Shown here: positions 1 to 14,859 of the stretch, piece by piece
Layout: each line of letters starts with the position of its first letter
Numbering within the stretch: position 1 is the first letter of the stretch
From: Eledone cirrhosa
Taxonomy: Eukaryota
DNA: 64,000 bases
Reading direction: 5' to 3'
NCBI GenBank assembly: GCA_964016885.1
Contig: OZ024742.1
Span: 328,972,001 to 329,036,000 of the forward strand
Translations under genes and position numbers: made by a program
Notes under the pieces: generated by a model
Database searches by the model: none
Told to the model about the DNA's origin: nothing
Seen by the model: the letters and a program-made list of their open reading frames with translations, nothing else

Positions 1-1666
1 ACATAATTTTAAACTTATAGACAAGTCAATGCGATAATAATTGAGGGTAGAGTAATATGCCACACCTGAACAAACTTCGCCAGGTAATCTTAACATAGCG
101 ACCATATAACAACTATTATTTAACAACACTACTAGCTGATGTCATTTACAATTCCTCAGATGGTTGTTGCATCAAGGTTCCAGTGGACAGATTTGGGAAT
201 ATGTTAGCACGATGATGGTGAAGGAAATGTGTTGAAAAAGGCCGGTGCAGATCGCAAGGCTCATTTTTGAAAGTGGGCATCTCCTTTGCAATCGAGTAAA
301 TAAGGAGTTGGTTTGGGAACCCAAGACGTCAGAGGCTGCTACCATTGTACTTTCAGTGTTTTTTCTTGTTCACTATTTATCTATAATGTTCTTATTGTGA
401 TGCAAATTTTGTCATTTGTGAGGCTATCATTAAACCTTATTTTCAACTCTTACCTACGCCCCGAAATCCTCCACCACACCAACAACTGTAAAGTTGCCTG
501 TATATTTTTTGTTATGGTAGTGTTGGTGGCAATGTTGATGGTGGTGATACTGGGTGGGTAAATACAATCGTGATGGTACTGGTGTTGTGTGAGTGTATGT
601 GCACATATGTGCGTGAGTGCATATAAATGTGTGACTGTGTGTGTATGAATATCTGCCAATGCATATGTGTGCGTAGTATAAATTCAGTTAGGTTTCATAA
701 GTGAAAGAAATTTCTCGAGAAAAAAAGATTCATTGTTGTAAGTTTGTCAAAATGTCTTAAGGAAGATTGAAGGTTGAGAAGGTGAAAAGTCACGTGTGAA
801 AGTGTGGGTAACGTGTCAGTGTATATAGTGGTAGCCATGATGGGAAATTTGAGAAGGTCAAGTTCACATGTGAAGATGCAAGTAACGAGATGTGTTGGTG
901 GTGGTTGGGAGTTGGCGCATATGGTTGACGCATGAATTGGGAAAGGGTTATGACGTTCCGGAAATGTCTTTTAACATTGGTATAAAGTAAGAAAATGGCT
1001 ATTATGTATCTAAAACATCAACTGACAAAACACACAGTCAGTAATAACGACATAGACAATACCAACAATAAGAGCAACAACAGCAGTAGTAATAATTGTT
1101 TCTACTTTTGGCACAAAGCCAGCAATTACCCAGTACTGGTACTTTATTTTATCGATCCCATAAGGATTAAAGGCAAAGTTAACCTCGACAATAATAATAG
1201 CAAATACATACTACCAATAACAACAAAACAGCAGCACCAACAACAGCAACGGCATTAGCAAAAAAAAAAAAAAAGAAAATAAGAACCAAAGTAGGGACAT
1301 TAATAAGAACTGCAACAACATCAACAAAGATTTTGAGGGTAGCAACAACTACTGTAATAACGACAACTGTAACTACAGTACAATGATACAACACGTAATA
1401 CACAACAGAAAGAGCAACTGCAATTCCTAATTAGAAAAACAACAGTGGCAGTAACCACTACAATGGCAGTAACCACTACATTAACTATACAACTTCTGGA
1501 ACTACAACAACAGCACACAGTAAACTAACAACACTGTCTCTAGAACAACATATACCGCAAAGAAAACTGAGTACGACATCTAAACATCAATAACAAAAGG
1601 AAAACTAAACTGTTTCACAAAATAAACAAAAGAATAAGAATGATTATGACAAGAATATCAACTGTG

Positions 1667-1758
<92 letters not shown>

Positions 1759-1789
1759 ACACATACACACACATACACACACACACATA

Positions 1790-1837
<48 letters not shown>
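1667..1837. repeat. (CA)n microsatellite
   Basis: Near-pure CA dinucleotide run; explains the HT/VC pseudo-ORFs. Confidence 0.97.
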
Positions 1838-1838
<1 letters not shown>

Positions 1839-2185
1839 CAAAGACGACTACAACAACAGCAGCAACTATACAACAAAAGCAGCAGCAACAACAACCGTAG
1901 CAGCAACATTAGCAACAAAAGCAGCGGTAGCAGCAGCAGCAACGACAACAACAACAATGAAGACGTACACAAGAATGACTAACATCATCCCGTTAAGAAT
2001 AGCAACAATAATGAAAGTAACAGTAGCAGCAGCAGTTGTAGAAACAGCGGCAATATCATTAGTAGCAACAGCATCAGCAATAAGAGCAGCAGCAGAAATA
2101 TCAGCAGAAAGAGCAGCAGTAGAAGCAGCAGCAATATCACCAGCAGTTACAGCATCAACAGTAACAGCAGCAGTAACAGCATCAG

Positions 2186-4632
2186 CAGTAAAATACAGCA
2201 GTAATAGCAGCAGTAACAGCATCAACAGTAAAATACAGCAGTAACAGCAGCAGTAACAGCAGCAGTAACAGCATCAACAGTAACAGCATCAACTGTAACA
2301 GCAGCAGTAACAGCAGCAGTTACACTATCAGCAGTAGAAACACCAGCAGTAAAATACAGCAGTAACAGCAGCAGTAGCAACAGCAGTTGCAGCAGCAGTT
2401 GCATCATCAGCAGTAGAAACACCAGCAGTAAAATACAGCAGTAACAGCAGCAGTTGCACCATCAGCAGTAGAAACACCAGCAGTAAAATACAGCAGTAAC
2501 AGCAGCAGTTGCACCATCAGCAGTAGAAACACCAGCAGTAAAATACAGCAGTAACAGCAGCAGTAACAGCAGCAGTTGCATCATCAGCAGTAGAAACACA
2601 AGCAGTAAAATACAGCAGTAACAGCAGCAGTAACATCATCAACAGTAACAGCAGCAGTAACAGCTCAGCAGTAAAATACAGCAGTAACAGCAGCAGTAAC
2701 AGCATCAACTGTAACAGCAGCAGTAACAGCATCAACAGTAACAGCAGCAGTAACAGCATCATCAGTAAAATACAGCAGTAACAGCAGCAGTAACAGCATC
2801 AACTGTAACAGCATCAACAGTAACAGCAGCAGTAACAGCATCATCAGTAAAATACAGCAGTAACAGCAGCAGTAACAGCATCAACTGTAACAGCATCAAC
2901 AGTAACAGCAGCAGTAACAGCGCCAGCAGTAAAATACAGCAGTAACAGCAGCAGTAACATCATCAACATTAACAGCAGCAGTAACAGCTCAGCAGTAAAA
3001 TACAGCAGTAACAGCATCAACAGTAACAGCAGCAGTAACAGCATCAACAGTAACAGCAGCAGTAGCAGCAGCAGTTGCACCATCAGCAGTAGAAACACCA
3101 GCAGTAAAATACAGCAGTAACAGCAGCAGTAACAGCATCAACTGTAACAGCAGCAGTAACACCAGCAGTAGAAACACCATCAGCAGTAGAAACACCAGCA
3201 GTAAAATACAGCAGTAACAGCAGCAGTAGCAGCAGCAGTTGCACCAGCAGCAATAGAAACATCAGCAGTAAAATACAGCAGTAACAGCAGCAGTAGCAGT
3301 TGCACCAGCAGCAGTAGAAACACCAGCAGTAAAATACAGCAGTAACAGCAGCAGTAGCAGCAGCAGTTTCATCAGCAGCAGTAGAAACACCAGCAGTAAA
3401 ATACAGCAGTAACAGCAGCAGTAGCAGCAGCAGTTTCACCAGCAGCAATAGAAACATCAGCAGTAAAATACAGCAGTAACAGCAGCAGTAGCAGCAGCAG
3501 TTGCACCAGCAGCAGTAGAAACACCAGCAGTAAAATACAGCAGTAACAGCAGCAGTAGCAGCAGCAGTTGCACCAGCAGCAGTAGAAACACCAGCAGTAA
3601 AATACAGCAGTAACAGCAGCAGTAGCAACAGCAGTTTCACCAGCAGCAGTAGAAACACCACCAGTAAAATACAGCAGTAACAGCAGCAGTAGCAGCAGCA
3701 GTTGCACCAGCAGCAGTAGAAACACCAGCAGTAAAATACAGCAGTAACAGCAGCAGTAGCAGCAGCAGTTGCACCAGCAGCAGTAGAAACACCAGCAGTA
3801 AAATACAGCAGTAACAGCAGCAGTAGCAGCAGCAGTTGCACCAGCAGCAGTAGAAACACCAGCAGTAAAATACAGCAGTAACAGCAGCAGTAGCAGCAGC
3901 AGTTGCACCAGCAGCAGTAGAAACACCAGCAGTAAAATACAGCAGTAACAGCAGCAGTAGCAACAGCAGTTTCACCAGCAGCAGTAGAAACACCACCAGT
4001 AAAATACAGCAGTAACAGCAGCAGTAGCAGCAGCAGTTGCACCAGCAGCAGTAGAAACACCACCAGTAAAATACAGCAGTAACAGCAGCAGTAGCAGCAG
4101 CAGTTGCACCAGCAGCAGTAGAAACACCACCAGTAAAATACAGCAGTAACAGCAGCAGTAGCAACAGCAGTTTCACCAGCAGCAGTAGAAACACCACCAG
4201 TAAAATACAGCAGTAACAGCAGCAGTAGCAACAGCAGTTGCACCAGCAGCAGTAGAAACACCACCAGTAAAATACAGCAGTAACAGCAGCAGTAGCAACA
4301 GCAGTTTCACCAGCAGCAGTAGAAACACCACCAGTAAAATACAGCAGTAACAGCAGCAGTAGCAACAGCAGTTTCACCAGCAGCAGTAGAAACACCACCA
4401 GTAAAATACAGCAGTAACAGCAGCAGTAGCAGCAGCAGTTGCACCAGCAGCAGTAGAAACACCACCAGTAAAATACAGCAGTAACAGCAGCAGTAGCAGC
4501 AGCAGTTGCACCAGCAGCAGTAGAAACACCACCAGTAAAATACAGCAGTAACAGCAGCAGTAGCAACAGCAGTTTCACCAGCAGCAGTAGAAACACCACC
4601 AGTAAAATACAGCAGTAACAGCAGCAGTAGCA
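2186..4632. repeat. CAG-rich minisatellite settling into a 67-bp unit
   Basis: TAAAATACAG recurs at 3531, 3598, 3665 (period 67). Units are irregular before about 3200 and regular afterwards. Confidence 0.95.
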
Positions 4633-4889
4633 GTGGAGAAAAATAACTGTTCGCGCAAACATAATTAATGCGCTGACCCTTTCGGGATTGGGGTTTCAGA
4701 AGTGTGGTAGTGATATTAAGAAAGGTCAAATCACCGAGGAAACAAAAGGGTGTAAAGAAAAAGGTCAGAAAAACCCTTAGAATATTCAGCCAGAAGGTGT
4801 GGGGGAGGGGAGGGTGTGGGAAAGGAGGGGGTTGTTGGGGTTTAGTATGTATTGGTTTTGTCAAACAAAGGATTCTACACGCATATAGA

Positions 4890-5385
4890 GTACGTATATA
4901 TGTATGCCTGTATGTATGTATGTATATATGGATGTATGTATGTATGTACGTATATATGTACGTATGTATGGATATATGTATGTATATGTACGTATGCATG
5001 TATGCATATATCTATGTATGTGCATATGTATGTATATATGTATGTTTGTATGTATATATGTCAAATCACGTACATATATGTACGTATGTATGTATATATG
5101 TATGTATATATGTATGTATGTATATATGTATATATGTATGTATGTATGTATGCATGTATGTATGCATATATGTATATATGTATGCATGTATATATGTACG
5201 TATATACGTATCTATGCATGTATATATGTATGTATGCATGTATGCATGTATGTATATATGTAGGTATATATGTATGTATGTATATATGTATGTACGTCTA
5301 TATGTATGTATGTATATATGTATGTACGTCAATATGTATGTATGTACGTATGTATGTATATATGTATATATGTATATATGTATGT
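4890..5385. repeat. (TATG)n/(TA)n compound microsatellite
   Basis: Degenerate TATG tetramer tract. Confidence 0.95.
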
Positions 5386-5899
5386 TTATCAATGAGATAG
5401 AAATGGAATCAGCCCGACCATAAACAAAGATAACTGAGGCCAACCATTCTAGACCATCGTTATTATCATTATGAATATCAACACTAACCCCAACATCAGC
5501 ATCATCCTCACCAGCATCATCATCTATATCAGACCCATCATCATCACAACGCAATCATGAACATCGCCCTTACCACCACGATTAATCCTCATCACCATCT
5601 TCCATACCATCAATCATCATCCGCATCATCATTATCCTAATCTACCAGGTCCACGGCACCAGGACTATTCATACCACAATCTTCATTATCATCATTATTT
5701 TATACAACATTATAGTCATATACGTCAGCAATTTTGCCCTCATTATTTTTCAGCAACACCCACACGCTCATCACCACCACCATCACTACCACCACAATTA
5801 TCATCATCATCATCATCTCTTTTCTTTCATCTTTCCTTTACACTTCATCTTACACTCAATCTAACTCCACTCCATTCTTTCCTCTTCTTTTGTTGATTC

Positions 5900-5934
<35 letters not shown>

Positions 5935-5940
5935 TGTCCC

Positions 5941-6032
<92 letters not shown>

Positions 6033-6379
6033 GTGTGTATGTGGGTGTGTGTGTGTAATCTTCTCCCTTTCGTCGTCACTATTTATAAACTAATTCACGT
6101 CCGCCATATTACTGTCGATGTTAGATAATATTTTAATTGTTATAGAACTTTGAAACTAGAGAGAAATTGGATAAATTTATAAACAAAAGACCGAAAGTCT
6201 AAGTTATGTGGAGCGTTACAAAATTAAACTAATTATTGATATTTAATTTAGTTAAATTGCTTCACTCAGTAAAATGAAAATGAATAACCGGAAATTTATT
6301 AAGTTGAAGAAAAGATTAGAGAACATCATTGATTGTGGGGAGAAAAATATCAAATAATAATAATATTAATTTCTTTATT

Positions 6380-7110
6380 GGCCACTAGGGTTGAAAGATG
6401 TAGGACAATACAAAAAACAGCTACAGCATAAATAGTGAAGCAAATATCAATAAACAACAAAATATATATACAACAATGTACATTCCCCAATAAGGAGATT
6501 CCCACCCAGGGGTGACTCAGTAATCCCACAAATCCTAATCCATCCTACTCACTGAGAACACCCTAGGAGGCCACCCATCTCTTCTCCAAACCTAGCCAGC
6601 TTAGAGACACATTGTCAGAGTAGGCTCATTCATACTGGTTATCCTCGCTACATTCATCCACGTTTTAACAAATGTACGAAGGAGCAGCACTTCCATCTCC
6701 AACTCCCCTTCCTTTTTATGTGGGACTTGTAAATGTGGATGAGGGATTGGCCGTGGAGTAAAGTGTGTCTTCAGTCCTTTCTGTTGTGTCCACAACATGA
6801 CCTCTTCGGCGAGACACGAGACAGAAAAAATAACTGCCTACACTTCTTGGACAAATAAAGGCGGCGGGATGTTCATCACGATGGGCGCGGTCGATAGTTG
6901 GATCAGTACATCACGCAAAAACAGCTGTTCGACAAAACTCCACAAGCCAGTACATCACGGACACTGGTCGAGTAATGTAGAACAGTTTCGTCGCTCTGCG
7001 CGTATCTCGGATAGGTCTGAAGACCGCACATCAGTGCCTGTAGAATGTTTCGAATTGGTAGTGCGCACGGGTTTTCTGCAGTCCCCTGTGTGTAAGTTCT
7101 CTGCCGGATC
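6380..7110 (-). mobile_element. Decayed 3' fragment of a Tx1/L1-like LINE
   Basis: Minus-strand peptides AQSDETVLH and DQCP match AQGEETVLHALVQCP of the better copy at 22899-23357; frameshifted. Confidence 0.65.
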
Positions 7111-7171
7111 ATACTGGGCAGTTGAAGCACAATACAAAAACGAAACATTGAGTAAAATGGTTGGACAAATA

Positions 7172-7361
7172 ATTGTTTCCTCTTTTGACACAAGACCAGC
7201 AATTACCCCAGTGTATTACTTGTACTTTAATGTATCGACCCCGTAAGGATGAATAGCAAAGTTAACCGCGGCGGGATTTGAACTCAGACCAAAAAGGGCC
7301 GTAACTCTTTGCTGGAAAGCATGGTACCAGACCCTCTACCGATATTGCCAATCCACCACCC
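7172..7361 (-). mobile_element. Octopus-type tRNA-derived SINE with target-site duplication
   Basis: Matches the recurrent SINE consensus (B box GAGTTCAAATCC); flanked on both sides by TGGACAAATAA. Confidence 0.85.
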
Positions 7362-7738
7362 TGGACAAATAACACTGTTTATAAACACATAAATAGATGA
7401 TAATAAATATAATTGACAGTAATGTCTTTATTTGCTGCAAGGACAATTGACAAAGTAAGAAACCGGAGACGATTAGAAATCTGTGGGAAGGCGATTAGTT
7501 AACTTTTAAACCAACATAAATACTAGACTGGTTATCATTTGATTGTCTCGCAGAAGTCAATCCTGGTTAGCTTTAAATTAAGACTTAAACTTAAATACCT
7601 GAACACAACTTAAATTTATATAGAGAAGAACTTTCAACTAAAAACGTGTTTTATTTTGTAAATAAAATAAACAAAAGATATTACACTCTGACATGCAACT
7701 GATTTGTGGTCTTCTTGTAGATGATGGTGGATGTGCTA

Positions 7739-8099
7739 CTATGGAGGATGGGGAATATGCGCTGTAAGAGTCAGGCCAAGACAGTTGGTGAGGATGGTCA
7801 TCCCCATCCCAATCGAGATGACTGGGTATGCGGTTTTGAGATTCATGACGCCATGTTTCCATCTATGTAGGGTAGACAAGAAACCTTTCAGAGCAGCTGT
7901 TACATTTTCCAGCTTGCAATTTTCGCCCTGTCGAGTGACAAACTGTGTGTCTGACTTTAATTCCGCCAGAACGCTGCTGGAGAAAGTATCCTTGCATGTC
8001 ACATCCCGGATAGGGAATTTACTAGCTCGGAACAGTTTGGTTGGGATGCCGTCCGATCGTTTACCATTCTTCGATATAACATCATCAGTTCCACAATAT
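7739..8099 (-). CDS. Candidate terminal coding exon of an unidentified host gene with a hydrophobic C-terminus
   Basis: Open non-repetitive frame of about 119 codons (YCGTDDVISKNG...VISIGMGMTILTNCLGLTLTAHIPHPP*). Possible acceptor ctttgtaag ending at 8100; minus-strand AATAAA at about 7650-7655. No family recognised. Confidence 0.45.
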
Positions 8100-8555
8100 C
8101 TTACAAAGTGAATCAAAAGACTATGGAAACTAACACATTTTGTTAATGGCATAAAGAAAGGTTTTACATGGGATAAAGTAGAGAAACATGAAAACATAGG
8201 AATTTATTGAAATATGAGGAATGTTTTGCTGCGGCAGCTAAAACCATAAACGTTGACAAAACCTGGGTCAACATAAGTGTTTCGCCTCAACTGTTGGTGG
8301 TAATGTAATGTAATACAGGAGCCTGAATTAGCAGTATCGTTTGCGCGGGAGACAACCTTATTTGCGGTATTTACTTACAATTTTATAGGTGGTGGGGTAA
8401 ATATAATCGACTTACCCCTTCCCCAAAATTGCTGGCCTTGTGACATAGTTAGAATGAATTAAAATGTGGCACTATATTTCTTCTTTATTCGTAAAAAAAT
8501 GAAAAATATAATTTCAAATATTTATGCTAAAATAGAGCTTATATTTGAACATTAA

Positions 8556-8748
8556 TATGAACTACCGTTTTACAATTAGAAGCCTTAACTGTGAAAAGAA
8601 TTAGCTTCGAAGCGTAAACACTTTCAAATATTTCCCCGTATACAGAGAAACTCATATGTTTCTGTGTACAGATAAATATTTGAAAGTATTTTTATTTCAC
8701 AGTTCATTCTTATGTCTAAGGCTTCTAATTCAGAAAAAGTAGTTATAT
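8556..8748. mobile_element. Imperfect palindrome, old MITE-like element
   Basis: Nested inverted matches AATTAGAAGCCTTA/TAAGGCTTCTAATT, AACTGTGAAA/TTTCACAGTT and ACTTTCAAATATTT/AAATATTTGAAAGT. Confidence 0.55.
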
Positions 8749-8950
8749 TTATAGTAAGTTTACATTAATAATATTTATTTCCTGACATTAAAAATAATAG
8801 ATAAATCACATTAAGGACCACCTCATCTAGAAAATAAGACCAGGAAAGTCAAGAAACGTTCATAGACGTTCTAAACATAAAAAGCTGCTAGAAAATAAAT
8901 AAAATAATCTTTCCTATGAAATATGAAAAATTAAGCTTCCCACCTCTATA

Positions 8951-9029
<79 letters not shown>

Positions 9030-9452
9030 TAAATTTAACTGAGAAGAAACTCTATTAATGGGAGTTTAAACCAGGTAGGACTATGTGACAGGCTTATAAT
9101 GCCGCTAGAAATAGAAACCAAAACAACAACTACTCAATGTGTGTTCTCATCCACCGCGTGACCTGGGGAGAGAAACCATGTATAATTTCTTGGTCCTTAT
9201 ACCTTTATTTTTTGGAAGAATTAAAACTCCGGGAAGATTATTGCGGATTCTTCAATTATTGGTTTCTTCCAATTATAGGTTCTTCCGAAAATTAAACCAT
9301 GAAAGGGAGATCTTTATTGAAATAATTTCTCTATCTGGCTTGTACTCCCATAAATAGAGTTTATTCTCTCTTAAATTCAATATATAATATTTCTTCTTTA
9401 AGTGATTTCACTCATTGAGATATTTAAGTATTAATTATACTTTAATTAATAT

Positions 9453-9495
<43 letters not shown>

Positions 9496-9808
9496 ACATG
9501 ACTAACCATGCGTTCAACAAAATTCCTGTACAAGATCGTGTCTGGGGCATGGTATTTTGCGAAAGACCAGTAGTCGTCCATACATGCCACTCTTTCCCCA
9601 TCCCGGATCAGACGTACCTTGGGCTTATAAAACTAGCGGAACACAATCAATTTTTAGAGGGAGAGAAAATCGGCCCAATTACTGAACTGGTACTTCATCG
9701 ATCGTAAATCATACAGGGCAAAGTTGACTTGGGTGCAATTTGAAATCTGTTAGCAGAGAGATAAAATAACGTAAAGCATTCTTTCCGACGTTATTACAAT
9801 TCTGCCAG

Positions 9809-9994
9809 GGCTGTGGATTGGCTGTATCGGTAGAGGGTCGGACACCATGCTTTGACGCATAGAGTTACGGCCCTTGCCATTCTGAGTTCAAATCATGCCG
9901 AGGTTAACTTTGCCTTTCATCCTAACGGGGTCGATAAAATAAAGTACCAGTAATGCACTGGGTTATTGTTGACCTTGGTCCAAAAGTAGAAACA
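9809..9994 (+). mobile_element. Full-length tRNA-derived SINE with 19-bp TSD, nested in an older SINE
   Basis: A-box-like TGGCTGTATCGG, B box GAGTTCAAATC, core GCCTTTCATCC...GGGGTCGATAAAATAAAGTACCAG. TSD GTTATTACAATTCTGCCAG at 9790-9808 and 9995-10013. Confidence 0.9.
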
Positions 9995-11759
9995 GTTATT
10001 ACAATTCTGCCAGTTCAACGCTTTGTTGTCTGTTATGTTTGTGAATACAAAGTTTAGATGAACAGTGGTTATTTAATTATATATTACACTCGGTTATAAG
10101 GACATTTAATTAAGTTATTGAATAAATCTATTCCTGTATTTAATATAATCATGCTACTAAAGTAGAACAAAAATATGTAGAGTAGTGTTTTGTGCCAATT
10201 TATGATTATTGTTCACCAAAGAAAATGAAGTTCAAATGTAAAATTTTACATGTTTTTAGCATCGACTAAATTTATTGAAAAAAAACATAGGTTTAACATT
10301 TCATCTGTAGCCAGAAGGAGAGAACGGAAGTTCGCTTTTCAACATCTTTTTACCATGTTCGATACTAACTTGCAAGTTGACTAATCCTTAATATATGAAA
10401 TAAGGTAGGTTCTGTCGTACAGGTTCTAGCGTTAAGACACGTTCTTACAAATGTATAAGTTTTTTTACTGCCATATGATAATCATGATTGTCGTTGTAAT
10501 GGCCATTGTAGTGGAATGTAACTGGAAGTAGGTGGTAATGAAGGCTTCGATAAGTCTGAGATTTGGGCAACGGGAAGTAACGATAGACTGCTTGTGTATG
10601 TTCGAATTCCTCTAAATTGTGATGATAATAGAGTTATTAGCAAATTCGTTGTTGATGTTATTGCCATTGTTGTTGATAATGCTCGCAGTTGTAATTCTAT
10701 TATTGATGCTTGTAGATTGTGTGTTCCAAATATTGGTCTCCAGATAAGAAACAACAAAAGATGTTGTGACATCAGAGAAAAGATTAGGCCTGAATTGTAG
10801 ATTAGTCGATATCACACTGAATTGAATACCATTGAGGTGTTGAGTGAATTAAAGATTTGCATTCATAACATCACTGTATTTAATGAATGACATTTAAGGA
10901 TGGGAATTAAGTAACTTGGTGAAATATGTGATCACAAGATAAACTATAACTTAGTTACGAAATGATGGGATACACATGGATTAAACGTAGATATAATAGG
11001 AATATATAGCATAAAGTTATTATCGTAGCTATAAAGCAATAATTGAAATTGAGGCCGGGGGAGGGGGTTGTTTAGCTTCTAACAAACTATCTGTTTAGCT
11101 GCTTACGTAATGTGAAAGTAAATATTTGTAAAATAGAATACCCATTATACAAACGTAAAAAATTATTTTCGAACGTCGATCATTTTTAAACGATATATTT
11201 TTCAGGAACATTTAAAGACCAGTTTTCCACTGTTATTATGGTTTAACTGAAAAGGTGATAATCGTGTCTTTGATAGGATCATATTATATCTCAGGTACTA
11301 CTCCCAAATGATGGTTGAGCAACGTAAAAGGAATTTCTCAATTGATATGCACAACGAGATATATACAGAGAATTTCTAGATGGTCTTTCGGCCTGAGAGA
11401 AATAGTAGCAGCATCTACCTCAAATCACAGCAGAGCGAATTAATTAAAGAAAATATGTGGTAGATATTACAATCCCTGATATTCAAATGAGGGGATGGCT
11501 ATCTCGCGAATGCCTATGGTCTAGACCTGCGTGATTAATGATAAACTCTGACTAAATAGCAAAAACACAGCAATATAACAAAGACATTGGAAAGAGGATA
11601 CAGGCCATAGATTTGAAACTAAAGAAGATCTATGGGTGCAGGGTAGAAAATGACCTTATAAAAGTGGTCATATTGAAATAAATGTTTGCGAATCGAAAAT
11701 ACGTGTCTACGATATCTCAGCATGGAAAAATAATATATCGAATGAAATTTAAAAGGGAA

Positions 11760-12193
<434 letters not shown>

Positions 12194-12570
12194 AATGAGA
12201 GGTATAGAGATTGTTTTAGCAAGAAGCTAACGGCATTCTATAACATATATGCGACTATAACGTCAAGATGGGAAAAGTAGTTAACGAAAGATTTGGGAAA
12301 AATAACTCAAACTCATCTCAAAAGAGAATCAGGATATAAATTCATCCACAGAATTTAGTAAAATCCAGGGAAAATCTATAGACCTTTAACTCATGATAAA
12401 ATAAAGTTTGAAACACTTATCCTTCAATTTGGAATAACATCAAATGCTCTGTATAGTCTTAAAAGACTATTTCATGAAAACTTTCAGTGGAGATGGTCTA
12501 TATATATATATATATATATATTGTACATATATATATATTGTATATATATATATATAAAAAGAAAATGAGA

Positions 12571-12873
12571 ATCAGTGTTGCGACAAATGGAATCTATTGG
12601 ACATATTACAATCGTTTCTCTCGCAACCAGTTCGAGGCACGATCGATGTGATGATCGAACCTGACTCTGAAAATATCAATGTCCTCAGATACGTCTTGAT
12701 TCTACAAAGCAGATTTTCCAAATTTGCAAAATCTGCTTCGTAGAATCAAGACGTATCTGAGGTCATTGCAATTTTCAGATTCAGGTTCGATCATCACATC
12801 GATCGTGCCTTGAGCTCGTCGCGAGAGAAACGATTGTAATATGTAAATAAATTCCATTCGTCGCAACACTGAT
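12571..12873. mobile_element. About 300-bp fold-back palindrome with an HHR-like motif in each arm (Penelope-type repeat)
   Basis: Arms are reverse complements with scattered mismatches, centred near 12722. Minus 12601-12694 reads ACGTAT-CTGAGGA-(long)-GAAAC-GATT-GTA-ATATGT; plus 12751-12844 is the same with CTGAGGT. Confidence 0.7.
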
Positions 12874-12965
12874 ACTTTTTTTTTTGTGATATCATACTCT
12901 GCTCCGTGAGAGCATCGAGTGCCCAAACGGCCTACCGCATACGGACGCTTTAAGCATCCAACACC

Positions 12966-13050
<85 letters not shown>

Positions 13051-14434
13051 GTTTATACTTTGAGAGTGTCATAGGAAAAGTGCACGGGAACAAAAAATGA
13101 TGGTCAATACTAGAATTTACTTTCATCATAGGTTTCTTCGGTCAGAGACGAATTGGGGCTAAACATCAATAATATATAGAGAGGAAAAAAGCCATGTAAT
13201 CACGTGACTCCTAAGAAATAGCAGTCAAATCTTCCTCATAATATAAGCAACTGTGTCCCAAAGACGCGTCTGGTATTACGCTGTCCTATATGCATATACA
13301 GAAAGACGGAATGGTCGTAGTTGGATTGCTATTGATCATACACCTGCTCAATCGGCTTAATTAGAGCTAAATAACAATCAAAACAAAACTGAGATAAAAC
13401 TACCCTTTAAAATCATGCGTACACATAAACACACACGCACACACGGATAATACTATACACAAATCCCCAAACCAAAATGCGGATTGCTACACCATTACAA
13501 CACACATACATACACTAAAAAAAGCTAAACTACAGAGTACACGAAACACACATAATTAACATACACACACGCACGCTCAGAAAACTTGTACATAAACACA
13601 AATATATACGTCTGCACACTATCTTTCTCACAAACACAATTAACATATACTAACACATACAATCATATAATCTTAATACACACATAATCGAATAACCAAT
13701 ATACCCGGTAATACGCATATGTACAAGCATATATATACATACACAAGCTCTCTCACATGCATACACAATTAAGCCATGCCAACACCAACATGCATATACA
13801 ATTAACACAAACACATACACACATCAACTACGCCTCCTGCCCAGCAGAAAACCCCGACATCTACCACAACACTTCTTTTTTTCTAATTCTATCCTGTCAC
13901 TCTTCTCGCGTAGTCTGCATCCCTTCGTCCCTGTATGACCCCACCCTCAACACATACACACAACAACATCCATAGCTCAATAGCTCACTACTTCCCTTTG
14001 CTTTGATTCTGGCCCTTTCAACTTTGCTCACACCATCCCTTTCCACTTGCATGACTCCATTTATTCCCCTCTCTCACACAACCTCTTTCCCCTCTCGTAT
14101 ATCTCACCCATTTACGTACTTTCCTACTCAGTGATGGAGCTACAGCGCTCTCGCCTCATTCTCTGCCACAGCTAATACAACCACCACCGTACCACAGAAT
14201 ATCCATTCCACCTCCATTCCACTTCTACTCAACCTCAACTCTACATCTTTCCCAAACTTTGTATTGAGGTCTCAGATGTTGGCGGATGTATAATATAATT
14301 ACTGTTTGATCTTCCCTTTCAACTTGCCAACTGATGAGAGATGCACACTGTTGTAGCCAGGCTGTAATATCCCTGCACATATGGATGCATACACATACAT
14401 ACATTCACACACACAGACAGACACACACACACAT

Positions 14435-14521
<87 letters not shown>

Positions 14522-14782
14522 ATATAGATAAATAGATAGATAGATAGATGCACACACACACACACACAAGCGCGCGCACGTACGCACATATTTCATTATA
14601 ATGTAGTTTATACGCACATGCACAAATTAAGCATGGAAATACACGTGCAGATATGCTAACGCAAATACGCAGCACACACATATGTAGTTATAATGTTATT
14701 ACAAATGCACACTCCTGTTCTTGCACAACTGATATAATTGCAAAACTGCCAAGGTTATGTATTTCTGCTTGCACACACACAC

Positions 14783-14859
<77 letters not shown>

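Noticed and set aside
3083-4662. Long ORFs of 184-393 aa
   Set aside because: Translations of the 67-bp minisatellite cycling through frames; the period is not a multiple of 3.
9809-9905. tRNA gene
   Set aside because: The A and B boxes belong to the SINE head; there is no cloverleaf and it continues into the SINE core.
10482-10818. Ser/Thr/Asn-rich minus-strand ORFs as an exon
   Set aside because: Two competing short frames, low complexity, no recognisable motif or clear splice pair.
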